From Elusimicrobiota bacterium (lineage in GTDB: Bacteria; Elusimicrobiota; Elusimicrobia; F11), in NCBI GenBank assembly GCA_044221725.1, contig JBGAON010000004.1, positions 275,557 to 339,556 on the forward strand: 64,000 nucleotides of DNA. The letters are read 5' to 3'. The translations under genes were made by a program, and so were the position numbers. This document shows positions 38,862 through 49,097 of this stretch, piece by piece; within the stretch, counting starts at the first letter, position 1, and each line of letters starts with the position of its first letter. The notes below the pieces were generated by a model. The model saw nothing but the letters and a program-made list of their open reading frames with translations. It was not told where the DNA came from and searched no databases.

Positions 38862-39868
38862 AAATCGAATCCGATTTTCTCGGAAAGAAATTGCTGTGGC
38901 TGTCCGAAAAGGACGTGCAAAGTTTATTGACAATGGACGAGGCCGTGAAAGCGGTCGAAGAAGCGTTTCGTCTGCACGGTTCGCAGCAAACGCAGATGCC
39001 ATCGAAAGTTTATTTGCAATTCGACCCATACGACGGAGATTTGCGTTCGATGCCGGCCTACATCAAAGGATCGTTGTCGGCCGCGGGCGTGAAAATTGTG
39101 AACTCCACGCCGTCGAACCCAGAGAAAGGGTTGCCCGCCGTCTCTGGCATCATGGTGTACGTTGATCCGCAGACAGGCCTGCCGCTCGGAATTTTTGGCG
39201 CCGGAAATCTAACAGCGATTCGAACGGGGGCCGCTGGTGGTATCGCTGCAAAATATTTGGCACGCAAGGACTCGAAGACCATTGGTCTTATAGGGTGCGG
39301 CCGCCAAGCCGCCACGCAGCTCGAGGCGCTCAACAAGTTCTTTAAAATCGAAAACGTTTTCGTCTGGGGAAAAACTCAGGAAGAAATCCAAACGTTCTGC
39401 AAACTCAGCGGAGCGTTGCACCCGAACTTGCAACCGGTCCAAACCGTGCAAGAAGCAGCTCAGGCCGACATTCTTGTAACGACCACACCCGTGAAGCAAC
39501 CGCTGGTGAAAAAGGCGTGGGTGAAACCGGGCGCGCACATCAACGCGATCGGGGCGGACGCGCCCGGCAAGCAGGAATTGGAAACCGCTCTGCTAAAATC
39601 CGCGCACGTGGTTGTGGACGAGTGGCACCAAGCATCGCACGCCGGTGAGATCAATGTTGCGCATTCCGCCGGAGAATTTTCTGAAAAAGATTTGACCGCC
39701 CAGCTCGGAGATGTGGTAAGCGGAAAGAAAAAAGGACGTTCGTCCGATCAAGATATAACGATTTTTGATTCAACCGGACTCGCTATTCAAGACGTCGCCG
39801 TCGCGAAAGTCGTGTTCGAAAAAGCATTAAAAACAAAACAAGGTCAGGTGTTGTCGATTTATGGTTGA
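38858..39868 (+). CDS. Ornithine cyclodeaminase/mu-crystallin family (archaeal-type alanine dehydrogenase-like)
   Basis: GD.RSMPAY, GVK.VN, RTGAAG, IGADAPGKQEL and FDSTGLAIQD. Confidence 0.9.
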   Translation: MKIESDFLGKKLLWLSEKDVQSLLTMDEAVKAVEEAFRLHGSQQTQMPSKVYLQFDPYDGDLRSMPAYIKGSLSAAGVKIVNSTPSNPEKGLPAVSGIMVYVDPQTGLPLGIFGAGNLTAIRTGAAGGIAAKYLARKDSKTIGLIGCGRQAATQLEALNKFFKIENVFVWGKTQEEIQTFCKLSGALHPNLQPVQTVQEAAQADILVTTTPVKQPLVKKAWVKPGAHINAIGADAPGKQELETALLKSAHVVVDEWHQASHAGEINVAHSAGEFSEKDLTAQLGDVVSGKKKGRSSDQDITIFDSTGLAIQDVAVAKVVFEKALKTKQGQVLSIYG

Positions 39869-41153
39869 TATAGCTCCGTTCCGTGCGCTCCGTTCTTCCG
39901 TGGACAAAAAGAGCGCCGATGTTTCTTCGTTTATTTGTCCGCCTTACGACGTAATCTCTCCGCATCAACGCGAATCGCTTGAAGCAAAATTTCCGACGAA
40001 CGTCGTGCAGTTGGAATTGCCGAAAGGCATGAACGGCGAAAAATTTTCAAACGCCGGAAAAATACTTAACGAATGGAAAGCCAACGGTGTGCTGCAAGAA
40101 GACCGGATGGCGTCGTTTTATTTGCTGGAAACAACGTTTCAGATCAAAGATGCTTTCGCACCGAACAAGAAATTAAAGCGCTACGGCGTGTTTGTGGCGC
40201 TTCAACTTGAAACACCGGGCAAAGGCGCCGTGCACCCGCACGAAAAAACATTGCCGAAGGCGAAAGAAGAACGTTTGAATCTCATCACGGCGCTCAAGAC
40301 CGATGTGAGCCCGATCTTTGGACTCTTTTTCGATAAGAAAAGCGAATGGAGAAAATGGGTGGCCAAGGTGGTAAAACAAAAACCGCTCGTGAAGGGCCAA
40401 GAGTCCAAAGAATTGTCGCACCGGTTGTGGAAAGTGGAAGCGCCGGCGCTTCAGAAAGAGATCCGGTCGCTTCTGAAGAAGAAAGATCTTTACATTGCGG
40501 ATGGGCATCATCGTTACGAAGTGGCGTGGACCTACAGCGAACAACGCTTGAAAAGCGAGCCGCGTGCCGCGCTTGAATCCGGCTGGCGGCGGGTCATGAC
40601 GTACGTGTGCCCCATGGAAGAGCCAGGGCTCTTAATGCTGCCGACGCATCGCCTCGTCAAATCGAAACACACGGTGCAAGAATGGCGCGAACATCTTTCC
40701 AAATATTTCGTGATTGAGCCGGCGGCGAACGTTTCGGCGATTGTAAAAGAGTTAAAGAATCCGAAGCAGCGAAGAATCGGCTGGGTGTTTGCCGGGGGCA
40801 CCGCGTTTCTGAAGCCGCGTGCCGATGTTCCGCTCGATCAGTTGTTGCGCGCCCGACCGCCGGCGCTTCGCGCGCTTGATGTTATCTTGCTCCACGACGT
40901 CGCGCTTGGAGAACTAATTAAGCCCGAGTTTTTGGGCGAGCGCGAAATCATTTTCACGCGTGACCTGGACGGTATGGACGTGCTCGTCGAGAAAGATCCG
41001 TCGTGGGTTGGTTTTGTTCTCGCGTCGCCGGGCGTTGCCTCGTTGGCGCGCGTGGCCGAAGCGCACGAAGTGATGCCGCCGAAGACCACCTATTTTTATC
41101 CAAAGGTGCCAACGGGATTCGCGATGATGGGGCTCGAGCAAAGCATTTCATGA
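39861..41153 (+). CDS. DUF1015 family protein
   Basis: PPYDVI, PHEKT, YIADGHHRY and MPPKTTYFYPK. Confidence 0.9.
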   Translation: MVDIAPFRALRSSVDKKSADVSSFICPPYDVISPHQRESLEAKFPTNVVQLELPKGMNGEKFSNAGKILNEWKANGVLQEDRMASFYLLETTFQIKDAFAPNKKLKRYGVFVALQLETPGKGAVHPHEKTLPKAKEERLNLITALKTDVSPIFGLFFDKKSEWRKWVAKVVKQKPLVKGQESKELSHRLWKVEAPALQKEIRSLLKKKDLYIADGHHRYEVAWTYSEQRLKSEPRAALESGWRRVMTYVCPMEEPGLLMLPTHRLVKSKHTVQEWREHLSKYFVIEPAANVSAIVKELKNPKQRRIGWVFAGGTAFLKPRADVPLDQLLRARPPALRALDVILLHDVALGELIKPEFLGEREIIFTRDLDGMDVLVEKDPSWVGFVLASPGVASLARVAEAHEVMPPKTTYFYPKVPTGFAMMGLEQSIS

Positions 41154-41734
41154 GTTGGATTGACGTCGTCGCCATTGTCCTCGTTATCGTTTTTGTTGCG
41201 CTCGGCGCGCGCATGGGAAGCTTGTGGATTGGCGCCTGCTTGATCGGCGGATTTTTTGGTGCATTCCTCGTTGAGTATTACCAGCTTCCCGTTAGTGAGA
41301 TGATCGGCGGGTTCCCTGGTGCGCGGCTGGTGGCGGGACTTTTGCTTTTTGTCGGTGGCATTGTCATCGCGCTTGTGCCCGGATGGGCGTTGACCAAACT
41401 CACGCACGCCATGTTTTTGGGGGTCGTCGACAGTATTGTGGGTTTGTTCACGGGTTTTCTTGCTGGTGTTGTGGCCATTGCATTGATGCTGTTGTTTGTC
41501 GTCCCGCGGTTTCCGAGCATTGAAAAATCCGCGCCCTGGAAAAAATCGGTCGTGATCAAACCGCTGCACAACTTTTTGGAAGATTTGTTCAGCGATTCTC
41601 GTTTTCAAAAAACATCGGCCACCGAACAATTCAAAGACGATTTTGTGAAGGATTTTAAACCGGCGATCGAAGAGACGCAGAAATCCATCGAACACACCGC
41701 GAACACCGTCGCAAAGAAATTCAAAAAGAAATAA
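41150..41734 (+). CDS. CvpA family membrane protein
   Basis: MSWIDVV start, four TM segments, D.IVG..TG pattern; ATGA overlap. Confidence 0.75.
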   Translation: MSWIDVVAIVLVIVFVALGARMGSLWIGACLIGGFFGAFLVEYYQLPVSEMIGGFPGARLVAGLLLFVGGIVIALVPGWALTKLTHAMFLGVVDSIVGLFTGFLAGVVAIALMLLFVVPRFPSIEKSAPWKKSVVIKPLHNFLEDLFSDSRFQKTSATEQFKDDFVKDFKPAIEETQKSIEHTANTVAKKFKKK

Positions 41735-41754
41735 CGGCGTTGGACTAACCAAAC

Positions 41755-43071
41755 ATGAAAACGAGCGCCCGTGTTTTTTCCGCTGTACCGGGCGATTGTT
41801 TATGGTTCTGGCAACAAATCCATTCCGCTCCGACGAACGGATTCTTCTTCGGCCCTCCTGATTCGAACATTTCCGATCAATATATGTCGGCGGCGGAGCC
41901 GTTGCGCCAATGGCAGGTCCCCCTTGCTGGTGTGCCGGATCTGTTGAACAAAATTAAGCAATCGTTTCGAACGTCATCACCAGCGCCGCGCTACGTGGGG
42001 TTTCTTGGGTTTGAAGCCGGGCGCAGTTTTGACAAAGGCATTGGCCAGTTGCTGATGCGTCCAAATCCATTAAAGACACCGGTCGCATTGTTTGGTGATT
42101 ATGCTGCGATTGTTCGAGTGGATCGAAAAAAACGGAAAACAATTCTTTATTTTCGAGGCACGCCGCGGAAACGAGAAAAGCTCGAACGCAAAATAAACCA
42201 AATGCTCGCCTTGTCGTGCTCGGTACCGGTGCGTGAAACCAAGCGCGAACGAACCGGTGCGTTTTTCGAGCATCCCGACCAACACGCGTTTTCAACAATG
42301 GTCCGACGAGCGAAAGATCATATCGCGCGGGGCGATATTTATCAGGCAAATCTCAGCATCCGCTTTCAAAAAAAATTTGATGGTCGTCCGCTGAATTTTT
42401 ATCGCGCGCTCGCCGAACGAAACCCATCGCCTTATTCGAGCGTCATTAAATTTGGCGAGAAGTGGATTGTTGGTTCATCGCCAGAGCTCTTGATAAAGGT
42501 AGAAGGGCAACACGCAATCACGCGGCCCATCGCCGGCACGCGGCCGCGCGGCGCAACGCGCGCTGCGGACCGTCGGCGCCGCGGACAACTGTTGTTGTCG
42601 CCAAAGGAACGCGCCGAACATATTATGTTGGTGGATTTGGAGCGCAACGATCTCGGGCGTGTGTGCGCGCCGGGTTCGGTCAAAGTGACGGACCGGTTCT
42701 CCGTGGAAAATTATTCGCACGTGATGCACATCGTTTCGCAAGTGGAAGGCCGCCTCGCGCCAGCAAAAGATTCGGTGGATGCGCTCAAAGCGGTGTTCCC
42801 CGGTGGAACCATCACCGGTTGTCCGAAGATCAAATCGATCGAGATTATTGAAAGGATTGAGCGCATTGCGCGCGGTCCGTTTTATGGCAGCGCCGGATTC
42901 TTTTGCGAGAATGGCGACGCCGTGTTCAATATTTTGATTCGCACGGCACTCGTTTCCGATCATAAAATTTATATCCAAGCGGGAGCGGGCATCGTTGCGG
43001 ATTCGAACGCCAAGCGCGAGTACCGCGAAGTCATCGCAAAAGCAAAGGCCTTGTTGGAGGTCGCACAATGA
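41755..43071 (+). CDS. Aminodeoxychorismate/anthranilate synthase component I family, probably PabB
   Basis: GDIYQANL, SSPELL, PIAGTRPRG, EHIMLVDLERND and FPGGTITGCPK. Confidence 0.92.
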   Translation: MKTSARVFSAVPGDCLWFWQQIHSAPTNGFFFGPPDSNISDQYMSAAEPLRQWQVPLAGVPDLLNKIKQSFRTSSPAPRYVGFLGFEAGRSFDKGIGQLLMRPNPLKTPVALFGDYAAIVRVDRKKRKTILYFRGTPRKREKLERKINQMLALSCSVPVRETKRERTGAFFEHPDQHAFSTMVRRAKDHIARGDIYQANLSIRFQKKFDGRPLNFYRALAERNPSPYSSVIKFGEKWIVGSSPELLIKVEGQHAITRPIAGTRPRGATRAADRRRRGQLLLSPKERAEHIMLVDLERNDLGRVCAPGSVKVTDRFSVENYSHVMHIVSQVEGRLAPAKDSVDALKAVFPGGTITGCPKIKSIEIIERIERIARGPFYGSAGFFCENGDAVFNILIRTALVSDHKIYIQAGAGIVADSNAKREYREVIAKAKALLEVAQ

Positions 43072-43967
43072 AAGTTTGTTTGAATGGCAAGCTCGTTCGT
43101 GAAGAGAACGCGGTCATTTCGATCCACGACCACGGTTTCTTGTACGGCGACGGTGTCTATGAGACCTTGCGGGTCGCGGGCGGAAAAATTTTTGCACTGG
43201 ACGATCATTTGAAGCGGCTCGCGCAATCGGCGGCCGGGATTGAGCTTCGGTTGCCGGCATCGCCGGCAAAACTCGGGCAGTTTGCGCAGAAAACGGTCGA
43301 CGCGAACCAACACAAAGAGGCGTCGCTGCGCATCACGGTGACGCGCGGGCCGGGGCCGCACGGGTTTGACCCACGTCCGTGCAAAACACCCACGTGGCTC
43401 ATCGTATCGCGCCCGTTTCACGGGTATCCCGCCAGGTTTTATTCCGCGGGGGCGAGCGCCGCGGTCGTGAACGTGCGGCGCAATAGCGCGGCAGCGCAGC
43501 CGCCGTCGATCAAATCCACGAGTTGTTTGAACAATGTGTTGGCCAAGATCGAAGCGAACCGCCGGAATGTTTTTGAAGCCATTATGCTGACCGAACAGGG
43601 GAATCTTGCCGAAGGCACTGTGAGCAACCTTTTTTTGGTGAAGCGCGGCCGGCTTTTCACGCCGGTGCTGGACGGCCAACAACTGGCCGGTGTCACTCGT
43701 CAATTGGTGTGCCAAATTGCGCGTGAGCAAGGCATCGGCGTGACCGAGACCAAGTTGGGCGTGCGCGATTTGGCGACAGCCGACGAAGTATTTTTGACCA
43801 GCACGCTCATCGGAATACTGCCATTAACAAAGATTTTTGCGGTTCCCGATGATGCACGGGCTCGAAAGCTCGGCGTGGGGGCGGTCACCCGCGCACTTAC
43901 CGCCGGGTACAAAAAGTTGCTACACTCCGCGCTCGTTTCAAAATCCAACCGCCTCCGCGGAATCTAA
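43068..43967 (+). CDS. Class IV aminotransferase (PabC/IlvE-like)
   Basis: DHGFLYGDGVYETLR, EGT.SN.F, L.GVTR and DEVFLTST; coupled to the pabB-like gene. Confidence 0.9.
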   Translation: MKVCLNGKLVREENAVISIHDHGFLYGDGVYETLRVAGGKIFALDDHLKRLAQSAAGIELRLPASPAKLGQFAQKTVDANQHKEASLRITVTRGPGPHGFDPRPCKTPTWLIVSRPFHGYPARFYSAGASAAVVNVRRNSAAAQPPSIKSTSCLNNVLAKIEANRRNVFEAIMLTEQGNLAEGTVSNLFLVKRGRLFTPVLDGQQLAGVTRQLVCQIAREQGIGVTETKLGVRDLATADEVFLTSTLIGILPLTKIFAVPDDARARKLGVGAVTRALTAGYKKLLHSALVSKSNRLRGI

Positions 43968-43979
43968 ATTGAGAGAGTT

Positions 43980-44888
43980 ATGACATCCACGACGAAAAAT
44001 TCCACCTCGACGGCCAAACGCGTACTGAAGCTCGGTATGCCCAAAGGCAGTTTGCAGGAATCCACCACCGAACTATTTAAAAAAGCGGGAATCCGCATCA
44101 GTACCGGCGATCGGTCCTACTTCCCTTACTGCGACGACGATGAAATTGAAATCATGCTCGTCCGTTCCCAAGAAATGGGCAAATACGTGCAAGACGGTTT
44201 GTTTGACGCGGGCCTCACGGGTCAAGATTGGATTTTGGAAACGGGCGCCAAAGTCAAAGAAGTGTGCGAGCTCATTTACGGTAAATCCGGTTTCCGTCCG
44301 GTGCGCTGGGTGCTTGCCGTTCCCAACGATTCGAAAATTCAAACCGTGAAAGACTTGCAGGGAAAAACGATTGCCACCGAACTCGTGAACTACACGAAGA
44401 AATATTTGGCCGATCGCAAAGTAAAAGCGACCGTCGAGTTTTCGTGGGGTGCCACCGAGGCAAAAGCGGGCATGCTCGTGGATGCGATTGTCGAGCTGAC
44501 CGAAACAGGCCGTTCGCTCAAAGCAAACAAACTTCGGATTGTTGAAGATTTCTTGTCCTCGACCACGCGGTTTATCGCCAACGCGGACGCATGGAAGGAT
44601 GACTGGAAGCGCAAAAAAATCGAGAACATTGCGATTTTGCTCAAGGGCGCCTTGGCCGCCGAAGGAATGGTTGGTCTCAAAATGAATTTGAAGGAAGAAA
44701 GTCTGACGAAAATTATGAACATTCTTCCTTCCCTTAAACGTCCAACAGTAAGTAAACTTACGTTGCCCGGTTGGATCGCGATCGAAGTTGTCGTCGAAGA
44801 AACGGTGGTTAAGAAAATTTTACCGGAACTGAAACGCGCCGGAGCCGAAGGGATCATCGAGTATCCGCTCAATAAGCTGATTGCTTAA
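43980..44888 (+). CDS. hisG: ATP phosphoribosyltransferase, long form
   Basis: PKGSLQ, DAGLTG.D, SWGATE, TETG.SL.AN and a C-terminal regulatory domain. Confidence 0.96.
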   Translation: MTSTTKNSTSTAKRVLKLGMPKGSLQESTTELFKKAGIRISTGDRSYFPYCDDDEIEIMLVRSQEMGKYVQDGLFDAGLTGQDWILETGAKVKEVCELIYGKSGFRPVRWVLAVPNDSKIQTVKDLQGKTIATELVNYTKKYLADRKVKATVEFSWGATEAKAGMLVDAIVELTETGRSLKANKLRIVEDFLSSTTRFIANADAWKDDWKRKKIENIAILLKGALAAEGMVGLKMNLKEESLTKIMNILPSLKRPTVSKLTLPGWIAIEVVVEETVVKKILPELKRAGAEGIIEYPLNKLIA

Positions 44889-44899
44889 GGGAGGGGCCC

Positions 44900-45133
44900 A
44901 TGAACTTTTGCAAGGAAACGCGTTGGCTTTGCGAAAACGCAAAATCGCTTGAGAAATTTGCTGGTCAATGGGTTATGTTTTCGGCGAACGAAGGCCTGGT
45001 CGGGAATGATGAATCATTTCTAAACGTATTCCGGTCCACGCGCAGCAAAAAATCCAAGTCCACTCCGTTTGTTTTCCATGTTCCGTCGAAAGAAGAGCTC
45101 GCCGCCCCGTTGCCTCTCATTGCGAAAAAGTAA
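44900..45133 (+). CDS. Small DUF5678-like protein
   Basis: WL.EN...L.KFAGQWV...PFVFHVP pattern; strong SD GGAGG. Confidence 0.65.
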   Translation: MNFCKETRWLCENAKSLEKFAGQWVMFSANEGLVGNDESFLNVFRSTRSKKSKSTPFVFHVPSKEELAAPLPLIAKK

Positions 45134-45139
45134 ACAGCT

Positions 45140-45550
45140 TTGCCGAAAGTTCAGCATTATCAGTTCCCCTACGTTAAATTCCACGGCAATTTTTATCCGT
45201 TGATTCCGCTCACGTTGCATCACAAGAAGAAGTCGGTAAAAACATTCGCGCTCGTCGACTCGGGCGCCTCGGTGTCGATGTTTCGTCCCGAGATTGCGCA
45301 CGCACTGCGTTTGCCCAAGGCGGGTCGCGAGGGAATTCGGCTCGGAACCGCGAACGGGAAAGTGGATATCGGCGTCGCTAAGATTGGCGTGGAAGTGGAA
45401 CAGACGAAATTTTCGGCGAAAATCGGTTTCTCGGAAACCTATGCTGCCAGCTTCAATATTTTGGGGCGCGAATCTTTTTTTCATCACTTCAGCATTTGTT
45501 TTAATGAAATGATGCGCACCGTCGTGCTCGTGCCGCTTCGATCCTTATGA
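45140..45550 (+). CDS. Retropepsin-like aspartic protease
   Basis: ALVDSGAS catalytic motif and NILGR. Confidence 0.85.
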   Translation: MPKVQHYQFPYVKFHGNFYPLIPLTLHHKKKSVKTFALVDSGASVSMFRPEIAHALRLPKAGREGIRLGTANGKVDIGVAKIGVEVEQTKFSAKIGFSETYAASFNILGRESFFHHFSICFNEMMRTVVLVPLRSL

Positions 45551-47034
45551 TTCGCGTTCGCTTCGCTCCATCTCCTACCGGTTTTTTGCACGTGGGCGGC
45601 GCGCGCACAGCTCTTTACAACTGGCTCTACGCGCGTCATCACAAAGGCACCTATATTCTGCGTATCGAAGACACCGACGAGGCACGTTCCACCGATGAAT
45701 CCATGCGCGCGATCATTGATGGGTTGCACTGGCTGGGTTTGGAATGGGACGAAGGTCCGGGCGTCCACGATACGCAAGCCTCCGTTGGCAACTTCGGCCC
45801 TTATTTTCAAATGGAGCGACTCTCGACCTACCGAAAACTGCTGGACGAGCTGGTGGCGAAACAAAAAGCGTACCCTTGCTTCTGCACCAAAGAAGATTTG
45901 GAACAAATGCGCACCCGCGCTATGCTCGCGAAGCGCCCACCGAAATACGATGAACGCTGCCGCGCCATTGCGCCAGCGGCGGCCGCCGAACGCGTAAAAA
46001 AAGGCGAACCCCACGTGTTCCGTTTTGCTCGACCGCACGGTGGAAACGTCGAGTTCACCGATATCGTGAAAGGTCAATTGAAATTTGAAAGCGAGCTGCT
46101 CGATGATTTCGTGTTGTTGAAATCCTCGGGCGTTCCGACGTTCATGTTTGCGGGCGCTGTCGACGATCACTTGATGGAGGTCACGCACGTGATTCGAGGA
46201 GATGACCATTTGTCGAACACTCCGCGCCAAATCCAAATTTTCGAAGCGTTCGGCTGGACGAAAATGCCGGTGTTCGCACACATATCGATGATCCATGGTC
46301 CCGACGGTTCGCGGCTATCGAAACGGCACGGTGCGACATCGATTGAGGAATTTAAAAAGGCCGGATATTTGCCCGAGGTGATGGTCAATTACTTGGCGCT
46401 GTTGGGATGGTCCACCACGGATTCGCAGCAACTTTTTAATCCGGCCAACAAATTTGAAGAGCTCGTCCAGAAGTTTGAATTGGAACGTTGCCAAAAAAGT
46501 CCAGCGGTGTTTGATACCGAAAAACTGAAATGGATGAACGGCGTTTACATCCGGCAATTAACGCGTGATCAATTGCTGGAGCGCACATGGCCGTATCTTG
46601 TCGACGCCGGCCTCGTTCCAGAAAAGGCAGACGACAAATTGAAACACTATGTGCACGAGGCGTTGATGCTCGAACAAGAAAAGCTTGTCGTCCTGTCGGA
46701 CGCCCCCGGTCTTATTGATTTCTTTTTGCGCGACGATGTTCCGTTCGATCCGGAATCGGTAGAGAAAGTGCTCAAAAAAGAGGGCGCAAAAAAAGTTATC
46801 GAAGGCGTAATGGCACGTTTTGAGGCTCTTCCCGGTCTTACGGCCACAAACACCGAACAAGCGTGCCGTGACCATGCGCAGCAAAACGGTCTTAAAAATG
46901 GGCAAGTTTTTCATCCGGTTCGTGTTGCGGTGTCCGGCCGCACGAAAGGGCCGAGTCTGTTCCACATGCTCGAAGTTATGGGAAAAACCGAGGTTCTTTC
47001 TCGGATGAAAAAGGCGCTTCCAATCGCTTCTTAG
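45547..47034 (+). CDS. gltX: Glutamate--tRNA ligase
   Basis: RFAPSPTG.LHVGG, RIEDTD, RLSKR and the anticodon-binding domain. Confidence 0.97.
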   Translation: MIRVRFAPSPTGFLHVGGARTALYNWLYARHHKGTYILRIEDTDEARSTDESMRAIIDGLHWLGLEWDEGPGVHDTQASVGNFGPYFQMERLSTYRKLLDELVAKQKAYPCFCTKEDLEQMRTRAMLAKRPPKYDERCRAIAPAAAAERVKKGEPHVFRFARPHGGNVEFTDIVKGQLKFESELLDDFVLLKSSGVPTFMFAGAVDDHLMEVTHVIRGDDHLSNTPRQIQIFEAFGWTKMPVFAHISMIHGPDGSRLSKRHGATSIEEFKKAGYLPEVMVNYLALLGWSTTDSQQLFNPANKFEELVQKFELERCQKSPAVFDTEKLKWMNGVYIRQLTRDQLLERTWPYLVDAGLVPEKADDKLKHYVHEALMLEQEKLVVLSDAPGLIDFFLRDDVPFDPESVEKVLKKEGAKKVIEGVMARFEALPGLTATNTEQACRDHAQQNGLKNGQVFHPVRVAVSGRTKGPSLFHMLEVMGKTEVLSRMKKALPIAS

Positions 47035-47060
47035 CAACATTTAATATACTCGCTCGACGG

Positions 47061-47771
47061 ATGGACAAGAAAGAATTTTTCAGCGAGATAGATTTCAACA
47101 AAACGTGGGATGAGGCCGATTGGGAACGGTTTTTTCAAGCCCAGGACGATTACCGCGTTTCCTGCCAAAGCAAACAACTGCGCAAGAAGCCGATGGCGAA
47201 GATCAAATTCATCGGTCCGGATGAAGTGCAAGCGTTCGATCCGATTATCCGCGAATACGGAGTCGTTGCGGGTCCCGCGATTGTCCAGCAATTGAACGGC
47301 CAGCCGTTCATTGGTGACGAAAACCCAGAAGAGGATTATCATCCCGCCACCAACGAAGATCCGCACTATTGGGGCGAGGGCGCGCCGTTGTCAACGGTTC
47401 TCATTTACCGTGACTGCTGTCGCTTTGCGATCTGCACCTCGCAAGAAATCGATCGGTACCTAAAACTGAAAGATTTGAAGTACAAAAAAACCTACGGCGC
47501 GGAATTTGAGTCGCTGCGTTTTCATTCAAACTGGATTGCGATCAATATCGCGCAAGGCCACACGATCGGCTATTCGGAGGAGCGTATTCGCGGAAACATC
47601 GCGAAAGCGCAACGCGCGCTCGCGCACGCCGACACCTGCATGGGGCTTTTAAGCCGAATTTCGCTGCGCACGAAATCTGTTCGTTTGCGTGAGGATCTGT
47701 TTTCGTTTGCGGTCCAGCTGAGGAACGGTTTGTTCCATTGGGTGGACGAGCTGCGCGCCCGCGTGCACTAG
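47061..47771 (+). CDS. Hypothetical protein; C-terminal half resembles four-helix-bundle (IVS/Avd-like) proteins
   Basis: Fills the intergenic space; LRFHSNWIAINIAQG resembles the LRRA..SI..NIAEG motif. Confidence 0.6.
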   Translation: MDKKEFFSEIDFNKTWDEADWERFFQAQDDYRVSCQSKQLRKKPMAKIKFIGPDEVQAFDPIIREYGVVAGPAIVQQLNGQPFIGDENPEEDYHPATNEDPHYWGEGAPLSTVLIYRDCCRFAICTSQEIDRYLKLKDLKYKKTYGAEFESLRFHSNWIAINIAQGHTIGYSEERIRGNIAKAQRALAHADTCMGLLSRISLRTKSVRLREDLFSFAVQLRNGLFHWVDELRARVH

Positions 47772-47780
47772 TCCCAAAGT

Positions 47781-49028
47781 TTAGAGCGTGTCGGTTTTTG
47801 ATTGGCGCAGGCGGGAAATTGGGATTCGGATCAAGAGCGCGGGATTTTCGGTCACAACCAGAATCTTTCCTGATTCAAATGCAAACCCGGTGGGTGTTGC
47901 TCCTTTCACGAACGGGTCCAAATCAAACATCCCAAGTTGTAGCAGCGGTTTCTGTAAGCGGTAGGCGCCGATGAGGCGCGATTTTCCGTCCAAAATCCAA
48001 AGCCTGCTTTTGTAGAACGTAAACGCGGTCATGCCCATTTCGGGCAGCGGAAACGTATCGCGAATGTCTTCGAGCTCGGTGCCGCGATGTCGGTACAGTG
48101 CGCGCTCACTAGCATCGGCCGACCACAAATCCAATCCATCCCAATAAAGCCCGACGGGCTTTGAGCCCGGCGTCGGAATTCCGGCTGTGATCTGGTGATC
48201 GACGGTCAGTGTGTGCGTGAGAATCTTTCGGTCCAGCGCATCGATGGTCCACAACGCTTTCTCCGACATCGCGATACCGGTTGCCATGTTGTTAATCACG
48301 GATTCAACGGATTTGATCGTGAGATTGGAGGAGTTCTCGTGCAGATAAATGGAGCGGCGGAACCAGTCCAGAATAAAAAGTCCCTTCTTATTAACAATGG
48401 GTCCCAATGTATGCGCGTACGGAATCGGTGTGACTTGGACGCGCTGCGACAAAGCATAGAACGCACCGGCCGAGACGAGGACGATCCCAGCGAGAGCGGC
48501 AAGAATTGTATTTTTTGAAAATCGTGTGGTCGGCTTTGACCATCCAAGCTGCAGCGGCTCCGGTGAGGAAGCGGAAAGCGATGGTCGAGAATGTGACGAA
48601 TGGGAGAAAAATGGCACGTGTCGGGCGGGACGTTCAACGCGGTGGAGTTCTTTTTGAAGCTGATCCATGAGGATTTTTAAACGCTCTTGTTCGGATCCGG
48701 ATTTTTTGCGCGGTTGTTCCGGAATCGGGCCTTCGAAGGCGGGCTCAACGCGGGACTTTTTGGGCGGTTCTTTTTCTTCCTCTTTGGGCGATGCAGGCGG
48801 CACGTTCGCATTTGCCACCACGAACTCTTCCATAATCCTGTTTATCTTTTGTTCGTAAGACGACTTTGCGGTTTCCCATTCTTTTTCCATTCGCCGTTGG
48901 TAACTGTCGATGTCACCAACAAGTTCGGCGGCGGCCGGTGGCAAATCATCGGGCAAAATGGCGTCGAGTTTGGGTTCTTCTTTCGGCAAATCGTCGCTGT
49001 CTTCCGGGCGTTTTTCGGGTTCTCCCAT
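47781..49028 (-). CDS. Single-pass membrane protein: charged N-terminus, TM, beta-propeller-like domain
   Basis: TM ILAALAGIVLVSAGAFYAL; repeated blades GIAM...LWTID, GLYWDG.DLWSAD and LWILD. Confidence 0.7.
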   Translation of the reverse strand: MGEPEKRPEDSDDLPKEEPKLDAILPDDLPPAAAELVGDIDSYQRRMEKEWETAKSSYEQKINRIMEEFVVANANVPPASPKEEEKEPPKKSRVEPAFEGPIPEQPRKKSGSEQERLKILMDQLQKELHRVERPARHVPFFSHSSHSRPSLSASSPEPLQLGWSKPTTRFSKNTILAALAGIVLVSAGAFYALSQRVQVTPIPYAHTLGPIVNKKGLFILDWFRRSIYLHENSSNLTIKSVESVINNMATGIAMSEKALWTIDALDRKILTHTLTVDHQITAGIPTPGSKPVGLYWDGLDLWSADASERALYRHRGTELEDIRDTFPLPEMGMTAFTFYKSRLWILDGKSRLIGAYRLQKPLLQLGMFDLDPFVKGATPTGFAFESGKILVVTENPALLIRIPISRLRQSKTDTL

Positions 49029-49051
49029 AGGTCCTATAAGTGTAGCGGGGA

Positions 49052-49097
49052 CCCCTTTTTTTATCCACCTCCTTATTATTAGGGGGAAAAAGGGGGG
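49052..49097. terminator. Inverted repeat after the barrel gene, terminator or REP-like
   Basis: CCCCTTTTT...AAAAAGGGG flanking an inner hairpin directly after the stop at 49098. Confidence 0.4.

Noticed and set aside
49061..49069. DnaA box TTATCCACC
   Set aside because: A single 8/9 match inside a hairpin, expected by chance.
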